From: Dimorphilus gyrociliatus
Lineage: Eukaryota; Animalia; Annelida
Direction: 5' to 3'
Length of the DNA stretch: 64,000 nucleotides
Assembly: GCA_904063045.1 (NCBI GenBank)
Contig: CAJFCJ010000017.1
Coordinates: 62,001-126,000, forward strand
Each line of letters starts with the position of its first letter. Position 1 is the first letter of the stretch. Under the pieces are notes generated by a model, which did not search any database, was not told where the DNA came from, and worked only from the letters and a program-made list of their open reading frames with translations. Of the stretch, positions 1 through 13,597 are shown piece after piece. Both the position numbers and the translations under genes were made by a program.

Positions 1-243
1 GGGAGAGAGAGAGGGAGAGAAAGAAAAACTATAGATTACAACTGTAAGCAATTTTATAAATGAACTTCTTAAAAAGAATTAAACTAATATTTTAACTTTG
101 TTAAATAAACTCTGTTGAAAGGAAAGCCATTAAATAGATCAATTTATTATGGAAACGTATTTAAGAGAAAGGGAATACGAAAAGTAGCCAACTTCTTGCT
201 TAGAAGAGGAGGAGAACTAAAAACGAACAAGAAGGAATATAGA

Positions 244-3200
244 ATGAAAGTCTATTCAAGTAATATATACGTTAACTAAAGATATTTTATAACCTCTTTT
301 CGTCGTCTAACCCCTCGTGTTTCGTATTTCGTATTGTTCAATTTAGGTTTACTTTATGTTTTGGTCACGATACTACCGCCTATTCCATGTTCAATTTGCC
401 CGCCCTGCGGTCCAAACGGATACTGCAGTATTGTTATAAAGAAATGCGTCTGCTACAACGGTTTCGATGAGCCATTTTGCCAAAAAAGTAGAAATTCAAT
501 ACTTGTTTATTCAATTAAAGTTTTAATTAACAAGAACAAAAAAACGCTTTTAAAGGTAAAATACTGGAATTTGTCAAAGACGGGATTTTTGGTGGGGAAA
601 ACCCTATTAAAGGTTCGGACGAACTTGGTTCGTGTTTAGAAGACTTTACTCAAGATAGTTCCTATATATATATGCTATACGATAAAAGTAGTAATTCTCC
701 TTCTCCTTGTACATTTTATAAAAAGATAAGCCTGTGGAACTTTGACACAAACGTTACGTATAATTCTTACTACAAGCACGGTAATTGCAATAGTTTCCTT
801 ATCGACTCTATTTATGTAATAAACTTATCTCTGTTCTCTTTCTTTTCCATATAACAACAACCTTTAAACAAAGGGTTGAAAACGAGAATTTCTTGTCCGA
901 AGAATTCTCCCAACTTGAATAGATTTTGCCTTTTGGAATATTGGATTACCGAATGCGATAGAGATGGCCTTCTTAATCCGTTAGCAGATGCTTTCGCTAT
1001 TGTTACCGAAGCGACAATATTCACTTACATCTCTCTTCATAAGTTTATGAAAAATCTAACGAGCTCGGAAAACATGGCATATCATTCGGCGGAGAATTTA
1101 TATTGTTACGGAAAAGGTTCAAAAGGTCATAAGAATTTGGCATTGAACTACAAAGTTATTAAAAGCGAAATGAATATAACCGATAGAGAGATTCAAGCTA
1201 GAAATTTAGTAGACGGATGTACAACCAGTAAATTAAGTAGTAGTTGTTGTACCATTTTAAAAGGTCCTATAAACAAATGGATAGACATTATTCTATTAAA
1301 AGTTGATTATCAAATAGGATATTTTCGATTAAGGTACAACACAGTTCATAGAACTACTACGTCGGCTGGTTTGGCTATTCTTTCGTCGGCTGACCAGTCG
1401 GTTTGGACAGTGTTGTACGAATACGATAGCGATAAGATTATCGATATCGATTTGAATATAACTAAACGCATGCCGTTCAATCATAATTCAATACGATTGA
1501 GAATGAATGAAAAGTCGAATCAAGATTTTTCCTTTATCTTTATATGCGAATTGGAAATATTCTCTGAGAATATAGCCCTAAACATGCCCGTCTATCATTC
1601 GCACGCCTATAAGACTTTCGGAGCGAACGACGGTGATTATACAACGTACGACGAAATTGTTGAAATAACAACGGCAACCGGCCAATTGGTTCGACCTAAA
1701 ATATGCGTAAATCTCGAGAGAGTCTACCATATTTTTACAGTTACGGCTTATATTTTTAATGAAAGTTTGTTAACTTTTAGTAGAAATAAATATCAAATGC
1801 AGTAATGATAATTAATCCAAAAAAAAATCTCTTTTTCCCTCCCATATTCCACTATTGTTTTAGACGATTCGATGGAAATTTTAACGTCGATAGGCCATCC
1901 ATTCGATAAGAATTTAACGTATTACAATCACGGTTCAACGAAATCTGGAAAGAGGCACTACTGCAATAAAGAATTGGCTCAATTCGTTTGTTTAACGTCT
2001 AATGCGTCTATTTTAAGAGTAGTCGAAATAGACGTTAAAGGTTTGATAAGTAAAGAAGTTGAAGGTATAAATCATTGTACAGTATATTTATAGATAAGCA
2101 TAAACTATAATATTGTATTTATAGAGTAAATTTCTAATTAAATTTACATTCGAGGCCAAAATACTGACTTTTTATATTTTAATTAAATACCAAACAGTTG
2201 TATTTTTCCTTTATAGGTCTAGAGAATTTAGCGAAAAACAAACCTTCCTATACGATTTTTAATCGTACTCTATATCCTACTCTCGGTGGATGGGCTTTCG
2301 ATGGAGAATACTCTTCCAAATTTACATCTATTCCCCAACAACATCAATTCCTACCGTACAGAATTGTTATAGATTTAACAAAAGAATACAATTTAAAGTC
2401 AACCGCAATAATCCTATTCAGAAATCAATATACGTCATCTCTATTCGAAATGAGCATTTACTCGTCGTTAAAATCGCTATCGAATATCAACAATGACCTT
2501 GAACAGAAAGAGTTATGTACAGTTTTATTTGAAAACTATACGAGCCTTATCGAATTTCAATCTTCAATTATTTTCAAACATTTCGTTACTTGCAGCGGAA
2601 TAAATGTAATTATTATATCAGATTTTTCACTTTTATCCTATATAGAAATTGAATTATACGGAATTGAAAAACCTCATCAGAGTAAAATTTTCATTTTCTT
2701 TCTCTTTAAAAGTTCCTATCAACTATCTAACCTATACACTCGCCTAATCCTAATAGGTCTCGTTCAAATTCCTATAAAAGAGTCGAAAGACTCTACAGAA
2801 GTTGGACAACCTTTTCTTCTTCGAGACGGAATCTATTTAAATAACTTTGATATTTCCAGTAGACTGAACTGTTTAACATTTCGCAATCATTGGTGGTCTG
2901 GAAAAATTGGTTGGTCAGTTGTTGATTCTGTATTAATAGCCTTAGGAACCAAATTGCTACCAATAGGTAATTAAAATGATTGGAATAGCTGTAAATTTAC
3001 TGATAATTGTTATTATTATTATGATTACTATATATACTGTATATTATATATATATTATTAAGATGGCCTCGGTGTATTTCTACTGGATTACGAGCCCGAC
3101 AAGATTTGGTTGGATAACAACACCAAAACAATTTGTTACCATAGTTTCCGTATTAACAATTCAACGATGTTGGCGAAATATAAATGCTTGAAAAATTCTA

Positions 3201-4064
3201 TTGGAAATCATATTCTAATAAAAGCCGAAAGCTTCAACGATATTGAAATATGCGAATTTTCAGTCTATAAGAGAAATGAAGGCAAGTATTCCTCTCCTCT
3301 TCTCCTCCTCTTCCCTTACATATCATAATTCTACTTGTTGTTTTTAGCAGGTAATTCGCAACTATTACTCTTAAATAGGCCAGATACAGTTGTCTATGAA
3401 GATTTAAATAAAACTCTGTTAGATTACATTCATTACGATTTTACCTATAAATCTTATTGGAGATTGGTAAAAGTTTTAAAGGTAAAATTTACTTTAGAGT
3501 CCAATCTATCCTATATAGAAATTATGGTCGGAAGAAGAGAAGGTTTTCTCGAAATATGTAATGAATACAATTCCAAGGTTATCCTAGAATCGGAGCATCA
3601 TCAGGGATATATTTTACAAAAATCTTGGACATTAATATTCTATTGCGATTCGTTTGCCGCCAATTTTTTATCGTTGAAAAGCCTAGGCGCAATGGCTGTA
3701 TCTCAACTAGAGATAACTGGATTAGAAAGTAATTATACATATGATATAATACTGTGTAAAGGAACTAATTCAATTGAAATAATCAATTTATATAGGATAC
3801 ATTAAAGTATTGAAATTGAAGATGGGCTTCAATCATAGCGTGAATAATTTATACAGAGCTACTTTACCAGCCTGCATTTCAAAGTGTTTTGAATCAGTTA
3901 ATTGCCATTTAATTTCAGTCAAGTTCAACCGTCGTAGTCTTACAACTGTACAATGTACTTTTTTAACGAAACAAGAAGAGAACTTTTTAAAATACGACGA
4001 GAATTCTATCACTTTTTCAATTGTTGGCAAAGAAAATTTACCCCAATTTAACAAATGTCAATGA
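244..4064 (+). CDS. Secreted mosaic protein (~1012 aa): signal peptide, EGF-like domain, 4-5 degenerate F-type lectin/discoidin (galactose-binding-like) domains, C-terminal PAN/apple-like domain; 10 coding exons
   Basis: Manual splicing gives exons 244-259, 347-487, 535-780, 874-1764, 1864-2064, 2217-2681, 2757-2966, 3063-3281, 3348-3728, 3796-4064 (3039 nt, open frame). N-terminus MKVYSSLLYVLVTILPPIPCS. EGF-like CPPCGPNGYC...CVCYNGFDEPFC. Repeated N(L/I)A(L/K)N..(V/F/N)DG..(W/Y)..(I/V)(D/N)L motifs resemble F-type lectin domains. The C-x3-C-x5-C-x16-C pattern is PAN-like. The domain names are pattern-based inference. Confidence 0.75.
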
Positions 4065-5308
4065 TAATTAAACAATATAAGCCTTATTAAAATATGAAAA
4101 TTGCTATTGAAAAGTTTAAGCTGAAATTGGGGAAGGGAGGAGTGAAGAGAGATTGAGATAGATAGATAGATAGATAGAGAGACAGAGAGAGTGAGTGAGT
4201 GAGAGACAGACACAAACAGACAGAAGAACAGGAGAGTTAAATAGATAGAGAACGAGTGAGAAAACAAAGACAGAAAGCGAGACTGAAAGAAATGATTGTA
4301 TTCGAAGCATTAGACCTAACTAGGTAAAATCGATTAGGAAGATGTGTCAATACTGTAAAGCGCATGTGTAAACCATTCCAAAAATTTCTGCATTGGTATT
4401 CGTTGATTGCTCTGTTTAGGCATTGTTTTCACCATTCGGCAACTTTTAAATAATTTTGACAGACGTTTTAACATAGTCTGTTTCGTTTTAAAACAAATTT
4501 CATTCTATACTTCTCTTTCTGCATTTATCCCAATTATTCCGCCGTTGATTACCGACTATTATTCCAACTTACGAACACTGTAATTCTTAGGAAGATGCGA
4601 TAAATTAGTAAATTTTTGCAAAAGATGGCGACACTAGATTATTAAAAGTATAATAGAGTTGAATAATTGCACTCGATACTTACAGTGCTTTATTATTTAC
4701 AACCGGAAATACTTTGGGAATAAGGACGTATTTATACATGAATGAATGTAGATTAATAAACTATATTAAGTATTTGTAAAGGGGGATATAGAGATGAGGG
4801 AAGATGGTAAGATACATATATATATATATACGCTTTTATAAATGAATATAATGTATCAAATAGATACGTTGAAGACTATTTCCCCGTTTATTTTACTATA
4901 GAATTCAAAGAGGGAAATATACAGTATATTGTATATCATCTTTTACTCTGTATAATCTATATATTATACAAGATATGTAATAGGAGAAAAACTCATTGAG
5001 AGTGGTGTGACGGTTTTATTTCAAAATTGATAACTTTTTATTACGTAATATATTATACGAATAACTCAAAGATGAAAATCAGTCAATTTAGGTCATTTCT
5101 CTACAAATAATAGAAAAAGCGTAAACATCAATTCTTAATAAACCATATACAATAAATAATTTGGAGCACCACTTTCTACAAACAATCAAACGAGCTCATG
5201 AAATAGTGTGCCGGCTATTGCACTCTCCTGCTATAAATTTATTACTAAATAACCAAAAAAAAGTACGGCACAAAGGGATGCAAATACATATGAGAATATA
5301 TACAGTTT

Positions 5309-5339
<31 letters not shown>

Positions 5340-5413
5340 TTTATATATAGTTTGTATACAAGAGTATATAAGAACAAAATATAAATAATAGAAGAAAAAA
5401 CTCTTATACACTT

Positions 5414-5416
<3 letters not shown>

Positions 5417-5465
<49 letters not shown>

Positions 5466-5487
5466 ATGCGCGCGCGCTTTCTCTCTA

Positions 5488-5525
<38 letters not shown>
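5417..5525. repeat. Compound (CT)n microsatellite with an internal (GC)5 run
   Basis: Directly visible. One of dozens of (CT/GA)n tracts in the window. Confidence 0.95.
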
Positions 5526-5527
<2 letters not shown>

Positions 5528-6456
5528 CTCGTACCGGTCCGTTCGTCTCTTGTATCATTTATTCTTCCTTTCTAAATTCCAAATCTTTTTCGACCTTCGA
5601 TACAAATAGATATATACAGACTTTTTTCCACGCATAACGAATAGTCTATGTATAAATGTCTGTCTCTGTTTCTCTCTCTCTCCCTCTCTGTCTCTCTGTC
5701 TCTCTTTCTCCATTCTCTCCGCTCCCCTTCTCCTCTCTTTCACCGTCTTCCCTCCCATACAACATACTGGATAACCAAATATTTTTGTCTCTTTGTTTAT
5801 TCTTACATTGCTTTGTTTCTTCGTTAGTTCTCCATTTGCCTAGTCTTTTAAAATGCACGATGTTGGTTGGTGGGTGGTTGGTTTATCTGAAAAATAAAAA
5901 AAAACTATTATCTTAAAGACTCTATCGGCTAAACCAAAAAAAAAAAAAATTGCCTCCAACTTTTATCAACTATGGATTAAAGGCAGATTAAAAGTAGCAT
6001 AGGCCTATAATCAGATTAGGCTTCGCCTATTTATAGGCTTAGCGCTTTTCACTCGAGTTATTTACATGTCAGCCGGCAAGCGGTTTACATCCGATATATT
6101 AACAATATATAATCCATCTTATCAGAATGTGTCTCTTTTAATTTGTTGTTATTTTTTGGGCCTCTGATAAACCGATAATAGGTGTGAAAGAAGAAAGCCG
6201 TTTTTTTTGTGCTTCTTTCGTTTTATGGATTTGTGCATACTTGACTAGCTGATTTGTTTATATTCAATTACTAAACTATCAGCGGCAAAGCGTTTATTCC
6301 GTTTGAAAATATATAAATATATTGAAACTGTAGTTTTCAACTTACAACTAATCTTCTTCTTCTCCTCCATCATCCTCCTCTTCTTCTTCTTCTTCTTCTT
6401 CTTCTCCTTATCCTCCTTCGCCTTCTGCTTCGGAACAATTAGTAAAACTAGAAAAA

Positions 6457-7903
6457 ATGTTGAAAAATCTCCTCTTGCTCGCTTTTATCAGCTGCGTCTT
6501 TTGCAAAGAATATTACACAGTTGTCTTTGACGCCGGATCATCCGGAACTCGTGTTTACATATACAAAATAAAGCAAAGGATCAATTTACTACCAGAAATC
6601 AAATTGGTAATCAACCATAAAGAAACTCCAGGTATCGATGATAAAAATATCGAAGACGTTGAAAGTTATTTGGAAAGTTTTACTCGAATAATAAAAGACA
6701 ATGTACCAGACAATTTTAAAAAATTCACTAAAATTCACTTTTTGGCAACTGCAGGTTTGTACAAACAATTCATACTTTCTTTATTATTATTATTACTATT
6801 ACTAAAGTTAGTCTTAGTAATACTAGTATTGGTATTAGTTTCCGTATTATAATTATTATTATTATTATTAATAATGGTAGTATATTAGTCTTTTTACTTG
6901 GAGGTTTTTCATAAAGTAGCATATTTTCCCTTATCGTTTTTTCAAGTTAAAGGCAAACAAACTGTTTTTATACTCGAAAGTTGACCGTGTACATAGAGTA
7001 CGTATGTATATGTATATGGTTTAAAGGGAGAGTACTCTCTCTCTCTCTCTTTTTTTTGTTCAGTCAATCTTTTCAATATTCTTTAAACACCATAAACCTA
7101 ACTCGTATATAATCTAAGGTTGAAAATTCATATATGCTGGCTTTGCAGTAGATTAAATTGAAATCTTGAAAAACTAAGGCAAAAGAAAGTCAGAAAAAGG
7201 GATATAATAATGTTTTAGGAATGGAAATATGCATATATAAATAAATATACCGATATATAGATGTATATAGAAGTAAATAGAAGTATTTATACAAGTTCTA
7301 TATACACTTTTATTTTAATTAAAAAAAGAACAAAATAGAAATTAAATTAACTTGATAGTTTTTTTTTAAAAAAACAAAAAAAAAATCACTAATTCATTAC
7401 GCAATATACTTGCACACCCTTTTATAGAGACAGAACACCATATATATATATATATAATGAAAAACAGGGAATATAAATTGGGTTATTTCTTGCTTACTTA
7501 CAAAAAAATAATATGTTTAAACAGCTTTGACTATGCAAAGTGATGAAATTCGAAGCGTTTTATAATTGTTATTGGTTAACGGAGAATTTGTAAATAATTC
7601 TTAATACAAAAAATTACAAAAGAATAAGATGAGAGATTAGTTTAGAGTTCTTTTTTCAATCAACCAAATATGAAAATAATAGAATATTCCCTTTTCTCTC
7701 ATTCTCTCTCTCTCTCTCTCTCTTTACTTAATCGATTTCTTGTTTTTTATATAAAAAAAAGAAAAGTTAACTTAATAACGTAACCTTTAAAATTACTATA
7801 CTCAAACGAAAACAAGATAAAATGTAATAAAAATAATAGTTTTAAATGGGAAGAAAAAGCAAGAATTCTATTTGCAACATCTTTTTCATCTTTGTTTTCT
7901 TGC

Positions 7904-7934
<31 letters not shown>

Positions 7935-8432
7935 CCATCTCTCAATCTCTATCTGTTTTAGTTTATTTGAAAGAAAAAAAATATTTTCAAGTCTAAATTA
8001 AGGCATTTAAGCTCTCGGTGGACATCAATTACTTTTTAACCACATACCGACTTGTAAGCGTTAATTTATTTTCTAAAAATAAATACTTCCAGGAATGAAA
8101 GCATTGTTAATTTTTAAGCAGTCTGATTTCTAACTAGAAAGATAAAGAGAGTAGAGTAGCCGACAGTAAAATACGCTTAAACACCGCCGATAGTGTTGTA
8201 ACTATTGTCGCGTGTCCTCTATTGGGGAAAACGAGGCGAAAAGATATTTGTTTTATCCTCTCACTTAATTAAATTAACTGTCGACATTGAATTTTTGATT
8301 GAATACGCCTAGAGCGGCGTAGCCGAGTAAAGCCTCATTTCTGCTAATGGGCCTACATTACTTGAAAAAATATGAATATTTGTGTATTGTAGGATTTGTG
8401 AGTGAGTGTTTGAGTATGCTTATTATATTAGA

Positions 8433-8478
<46 letters not shown>

Positions 8479-8897
8479 ATGTTTCGTCGTGGTGGTTGTG
8501 GTAGAGTACACCATTTAAACGGCCTATAAACAAGAGTAGACATTTATTGATTAAGTTAAGTTATTGGAAACATTTAGACCATAAAAGAAGAACACAGACA
8601 CCGTAATTATAGTATTATATGGGCACGTGCTTCCCAAATGGTAACTTTGAATTCTATAGCTAAAAAATATGGCAGATTTGTAGATTTTTATTGAAAACAC
8701 ATCGGCCAACAGTGGTCGGAATTAATTTTTCCAGCTATATTTGATTTTATGGGGCGGACATATAGTGTTTTGGGAAATTTGCCATTGTTTGTAGTACTCT
8801 ATCGGTTTTGCTTTTGCAGTAGGCCTAGATAACTTACTATTATTGTTATTTAATTGAATTTTTATATTGAGAAGAGAGAGAAGGAAAGAAAGAGAGC

Positions 8898-8937
<40 letters not shown>

Positions 8938-11900
8938 GAGAAGAGAGAGGAAGAAGAAAGATGAGAAATCTTTTTTCTCTTTGGTTATTGTCTTTGTTTT
9001 CTTCTTTGTTTTTTGTTTCGAAAGGGATCGACAATAATATTTTGATATACTTTAGTTAATGTCGATTTGGAGGCGTACACCCCTCCCCCCCCCCGTCTCC
9101 TCCTCCTCTCTCTCACTCTCTCTCTCTCTGCCTGACTATCTATCTACATATCTTTCTGTCTAAGCTCCTATACGATTTGTTTACTCAGAAAGAGAACCAA
9201 AAATATGGCTGCTAAAGCAAATCCTTCATTTACTTCTCTTTCATTTCTATTTTGTTTCCTCTACCTTCGTTATATGTTACACTTGTAAACTGTTTATATT
9301 AACGTAAAAGACTTACCTTGACCTTGGCATTGGCAATGAATGACGTTAAATCTTTCAGTACTTCGGAATTGAGCTTTGTTATCATTAATAAATAGCGATA
9401 AAAAGAATTGCTCTCAAAGAAAGCCTAATTCCAAGTGGGCGTTAATATCCGATATATAGTTCCTCTCCTTTATGCGAATCGAGTTAATGACTTATGCATA
9501 TAGAGTCTTTAAAGGGTTTTATACATATATACTGTATATATATATATATATATATCTAATCCGTAAGTGGAGGAAATTAAACTTGACTCCTTAACCGAGC
9601 TTAGCTCTTTTAAATTAAAGTTAAAGAGAAAGAGTCGACATAAATAGATTAATATAGATAGATAACTAAGTGGAAGGTTTGGGGCGGGGTTCGGGTGGAG
9701 AAAAGTTAAAATTGATTTAATGGAACAAAGAGAAAAATCCTAGAAGCACAGCTAGTTGGATGTATAGATAGATAGATAGAAAGAGACTTATTAATATTTC
9801 TAATCAAATGACCTAGATTTTTAATAAAAATTGAAAACTATTATATTGTTATTTATCTAGTAAAGTATACTTTTTTTTATAGTCTGATAAAGAAGATATA
9901 CTTCGCAAAACTTAAATTTCATATTTAAGCTGAAATGTTTTATTGATTTTTATTACATAAGCATTTCTATAAAAGACGAATAAAGTTGTCCCTTTATGAT
10001 GAATATTTTCAATAGATTTTCAAGAGAGTTAAAGTAGGGAGGAAGAAGTTAAGAATGACAGATAGGTAAATATTATTTAGGGAATATGTGATTGCGTACA
10101 ACTATCTATAACAAGGCGCGTATATAGTATAATATTTCTATTGATATGCACATAAATTTTGGAATGAAAAAAGCCTATGTGCGAGTCCTTACTTGTAGAT
10201 ATGAAAACTTTATATATAAGTTACTACGTATATATATATATATATATATATATATTTACTTATTGGATTAACAATGAATATAGATAATAGACAACAAAAA
10301 AAAAAAGAATTAATGACATATATGAAAAAATCAAAGGTCGGAGGAGGAATAATGAATAATTGTATTACAACATTTCGGAAAAGGTTCACTACTTTTAACT
10401 GAATTTCTATTATTTTTCATTTACTTAAATAGGCCTTGTAGAATTGAAAATAAAGAGTAAAAAAAACCCTTTCCATATGTTTTTAGTTTACTGATAAACT
10501 GTCACTGTTGGTAAGCAAACATTCATTGAATATCGGGTTGTATTACGCGCAATTCATCCGATACGGATAATGCGAATTTTACCGTTAGATTCTAGGGGAA
10601 ACAATATACTTGAATGAAAAAATAAATATATCAAACTATACCCCCTACAAAGCGAGAATGATTATTGTTTATTGTTTTATAATGATTTATAAAGTCCGGA
10701 TTCTTATCAAGACAAAGGACGATTGCTAGTTGGAGGTTAGATAAACATGTCAAGTGGTTGTCGTGATCTTGAGCTCGATTAATTTTTAACGAGAGGGAGA
10801 GAGAGAGAGATAGAAACACTTGAACACTTAAAAATAACGCATTTCTTTAGTTCTTTATTTATTAATTAATCTAGTTTTCTTATTTTCTTTTTTATTAAAT
10901 GTCCATCTAAAAAAAGTTGACCAACAATAAACTAAACTGTTACAGGAATGCGCCTTAGCAAGAAGACGGAGGCTCATAGGAAATTAGATCGTGTTCGTAA
11001 AGTTTTACGAAATTTAAAGCCTTTTCCATATGATAAATCAAACGTAAGAATCATGTCTGGAGAAGAAGAGGGTGCGTACACCTGGGTTGCTACCAATTAC
11101 CTAACTAAACAATTGGAAAATGCTAACAAATGTAAGTTTTTCTCTTTTCCTTTTTCTTTCTCTCTCTTTCTCTTTCTCTCTTTCTCTCTCTCGCTCCTTC
11201 TCTCTCTGTCTCTCTTTCTGTTTATTTTCGAATAGATTACTTAAGTAATCTACCTTCAAGTCGTTTGCTGTTGAATTAAAAAAAAAACGGCGACATCTAT
11301 TGACTAATTTATTAATTGTTCAATTCGACCATAAGTAATTTATACCTACAAACTGTGTATATACTGTATATACATGTATACTGTATAAGAAAGAAACAAT
11401 TGCTATTGCATTGGTTCTTCTTTTATTTCTTTTTCTCTTTGGTTCATTTGTCTTTTATGAAAAAGTAAAGAAACAAAGAAACAAAGAAAAATGCTGTTCT
11501 TTATTAATTTAATTAAATATAAATCCAAAAAACATATCATTTTACAGCGCAAACAATTGGCATAGTCGAAATGGGAGGCGCTTCTAGTCAAATTGCATTC
11601 TTAAAAGAGGGGAATATTTTAGCCAACTTTTTCCAGGCCCAAATAGGCTTAAAACAGTTTCCTCTCTATTCACATTCCTATTTACACTATGGAAAAGATA
11701 AAGCCCTGGAATGGATCAGATCTTATTTGATGAGAAAGCATAAGAAGGGTATAATTGAAGATCCCTGTATGGTTGAAGGTAGGTGATAATTTCTAGATGA
11801 TCCTTCATTTAAAACTACTTATCGTATTATGGTCGTAAAGCAACCAGTACTCTTTCCCCCCTACTCTTCATCGTGTCTAGCTGTTTATCTATCTATTTAT

Positions 11901-13597
11901 CTACCTATTTATTTATTTATCAATCCCTCTCCCCCTCTCTCTGCCTGTTTGTATATCTATATATCTATATACCTATATATCTATATATCTACCCAACTAT
12001 TCATCTATCCATCTATCCATTCCGTTTCCATTCAGTAGTGAAAGAGCGTAGAATATACTTGAAAGTACGTTAGATAATTTAAAGTAATTACAACAATGAA
12101 TTGATATTAATTTAAATAGAAATTATAGAGATTCTTCTAACAGGATTTATCGTTTTGAAGTTAGCATTTCTCATCTATAACTCAATCACTCTTCCTCCTT
12201 TCCTTTTTTCTATTTACTTGTAAAAGAATGAATAAATTATACGGATACTTATTGTTGAACACGGAATTATCATTGATTCGCAAATTGATCCTTTCCAAAT
12301 CGTCTAAACGTATTATTATACTCTTTTTATTATTTTATTTCATAATTTACTAAAACTATATAAAACTTCTGCTTCCTCTTTTTCTTCTTCCTCTTCTTCT
12401 TCTTCTTCTTCATCTTCTGTTCCTTTTTATTATATATTCGTTTTCTGCCTCCTCTATTTCAGTACGAAACTTTTACACTAGTTTTAATTAACTTTTCAAA
12501 GCGCGCACATAGGCACACCCGCACACACACACACACACACACACCTTCCCTTTCCCCCTTTGCCACTCTCTCCTTCTTTCTCTCTCTTTTATAATTTACT
12601 CTATTCCGCTTTTTCCACTTATCCGATAGATGGCATATCATTCCTCTGAACATGGCCTTTCTCTCTTTCAACTCCCTTGTAACGACTATATATATATATA
12701 TATACATACTGTATATTTAGATAAAAGTATAACAAGTGATGAAGGACCATTCAAACAGTAAAATGTTGATTTATTCAGGAACTGATGATGGAAAAGAATT
12801 TCGGGTGGCGAATCGAACTTTTAAGGCAAAGCCGAATTACGAAGAATGCGTTCGCCTAATCAATTATTTTATATACGAAGCTCCCGATGATCGATGTTAT
12901 CCAACACCCTGCGCGATTGGAACCACTTATCAGCCAAAACCGGATGAAAATATGAAATTCTATACTTTAGCAACATTTTTCTGGTCGTTAAAGAATTTAA
13001 AGTTACACGATCAGAGAGAGAATGTGAAAGATTACGATCAAGCGACCTTTACAATTGAGAATGTTAAACAAAAGATCAGGAAATACTTTAATGATTCTGA
13101 TCCATTTAAAGAATTAGAAAGAAATCCTAAATTTCCATTAAGAAAGGAACTTTTTAGTTCGTTATACGCAATAGAATTATTAACAGATGGCCTAAATTTC
13201 AAAGAGGATCGTGTATTTACAGCCGTTAGCAAAATAGGTGATCATTCAATCGGTAAGAACAAGAAAAAAGACAATAAACAAGTCAAATAAAGAGATAGCT
13301 TTGTTTTTTTTGTTGGTTTTTCTTTTCTTTTTACATTTCTATTCTCTATTTACCGCAGATTGGACGTTGGGATTGGCTTTACGTTTGGCCGATTTCAAGA
13401 TCTGCGATCAGGTATTATTTTACTTTCTTGAAATGTTTACTCTTTTCTTAAAAGGCCTAATTTAATGCTATTTTCAACAGAAATCAACCCAAATACATCT
13501 TCTGAAGCAAGGTGGAACATTGATATTTCCTTCAGTTGGTCTCTTATTAATATGTCTCATTACTGCGTATGCTTTTACAAAAAATACTTTGTTATGA
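6457..13597 (+). CDS. ENTPD: Ectonucleoside triphosphate diphosphohydrolase (GDA1/CD39 apyrase family), ~452 aa, 6 coding exons
   Basis: Exons 6457-6754, 10946-11131, 11548-11778, 12779-13252, 13359-13411, 13481-13597 join in frame with GT-AG sites. All five apyrase conserved regions are present: DAGSSG, ATAGMR, GEEEGAYTW, EMGGASSQ, DWTLG. Both termini are hydrophobic. The symbol is family-level only. Confidence 0.95.
8898..8936. repeat. (TAGA)n tetranucleotide microsatellite
   Basis: About 9-10 tandem TAGA units. Confidence 0.95.

Noticed and set aside
8093-8135. ccag|GA ATG AAA GCA resembles the start of ENTPD exon 2 (G-M-R-L)
   Set aside because: The similarity covers only two codons and the frame stops after 13 codons.
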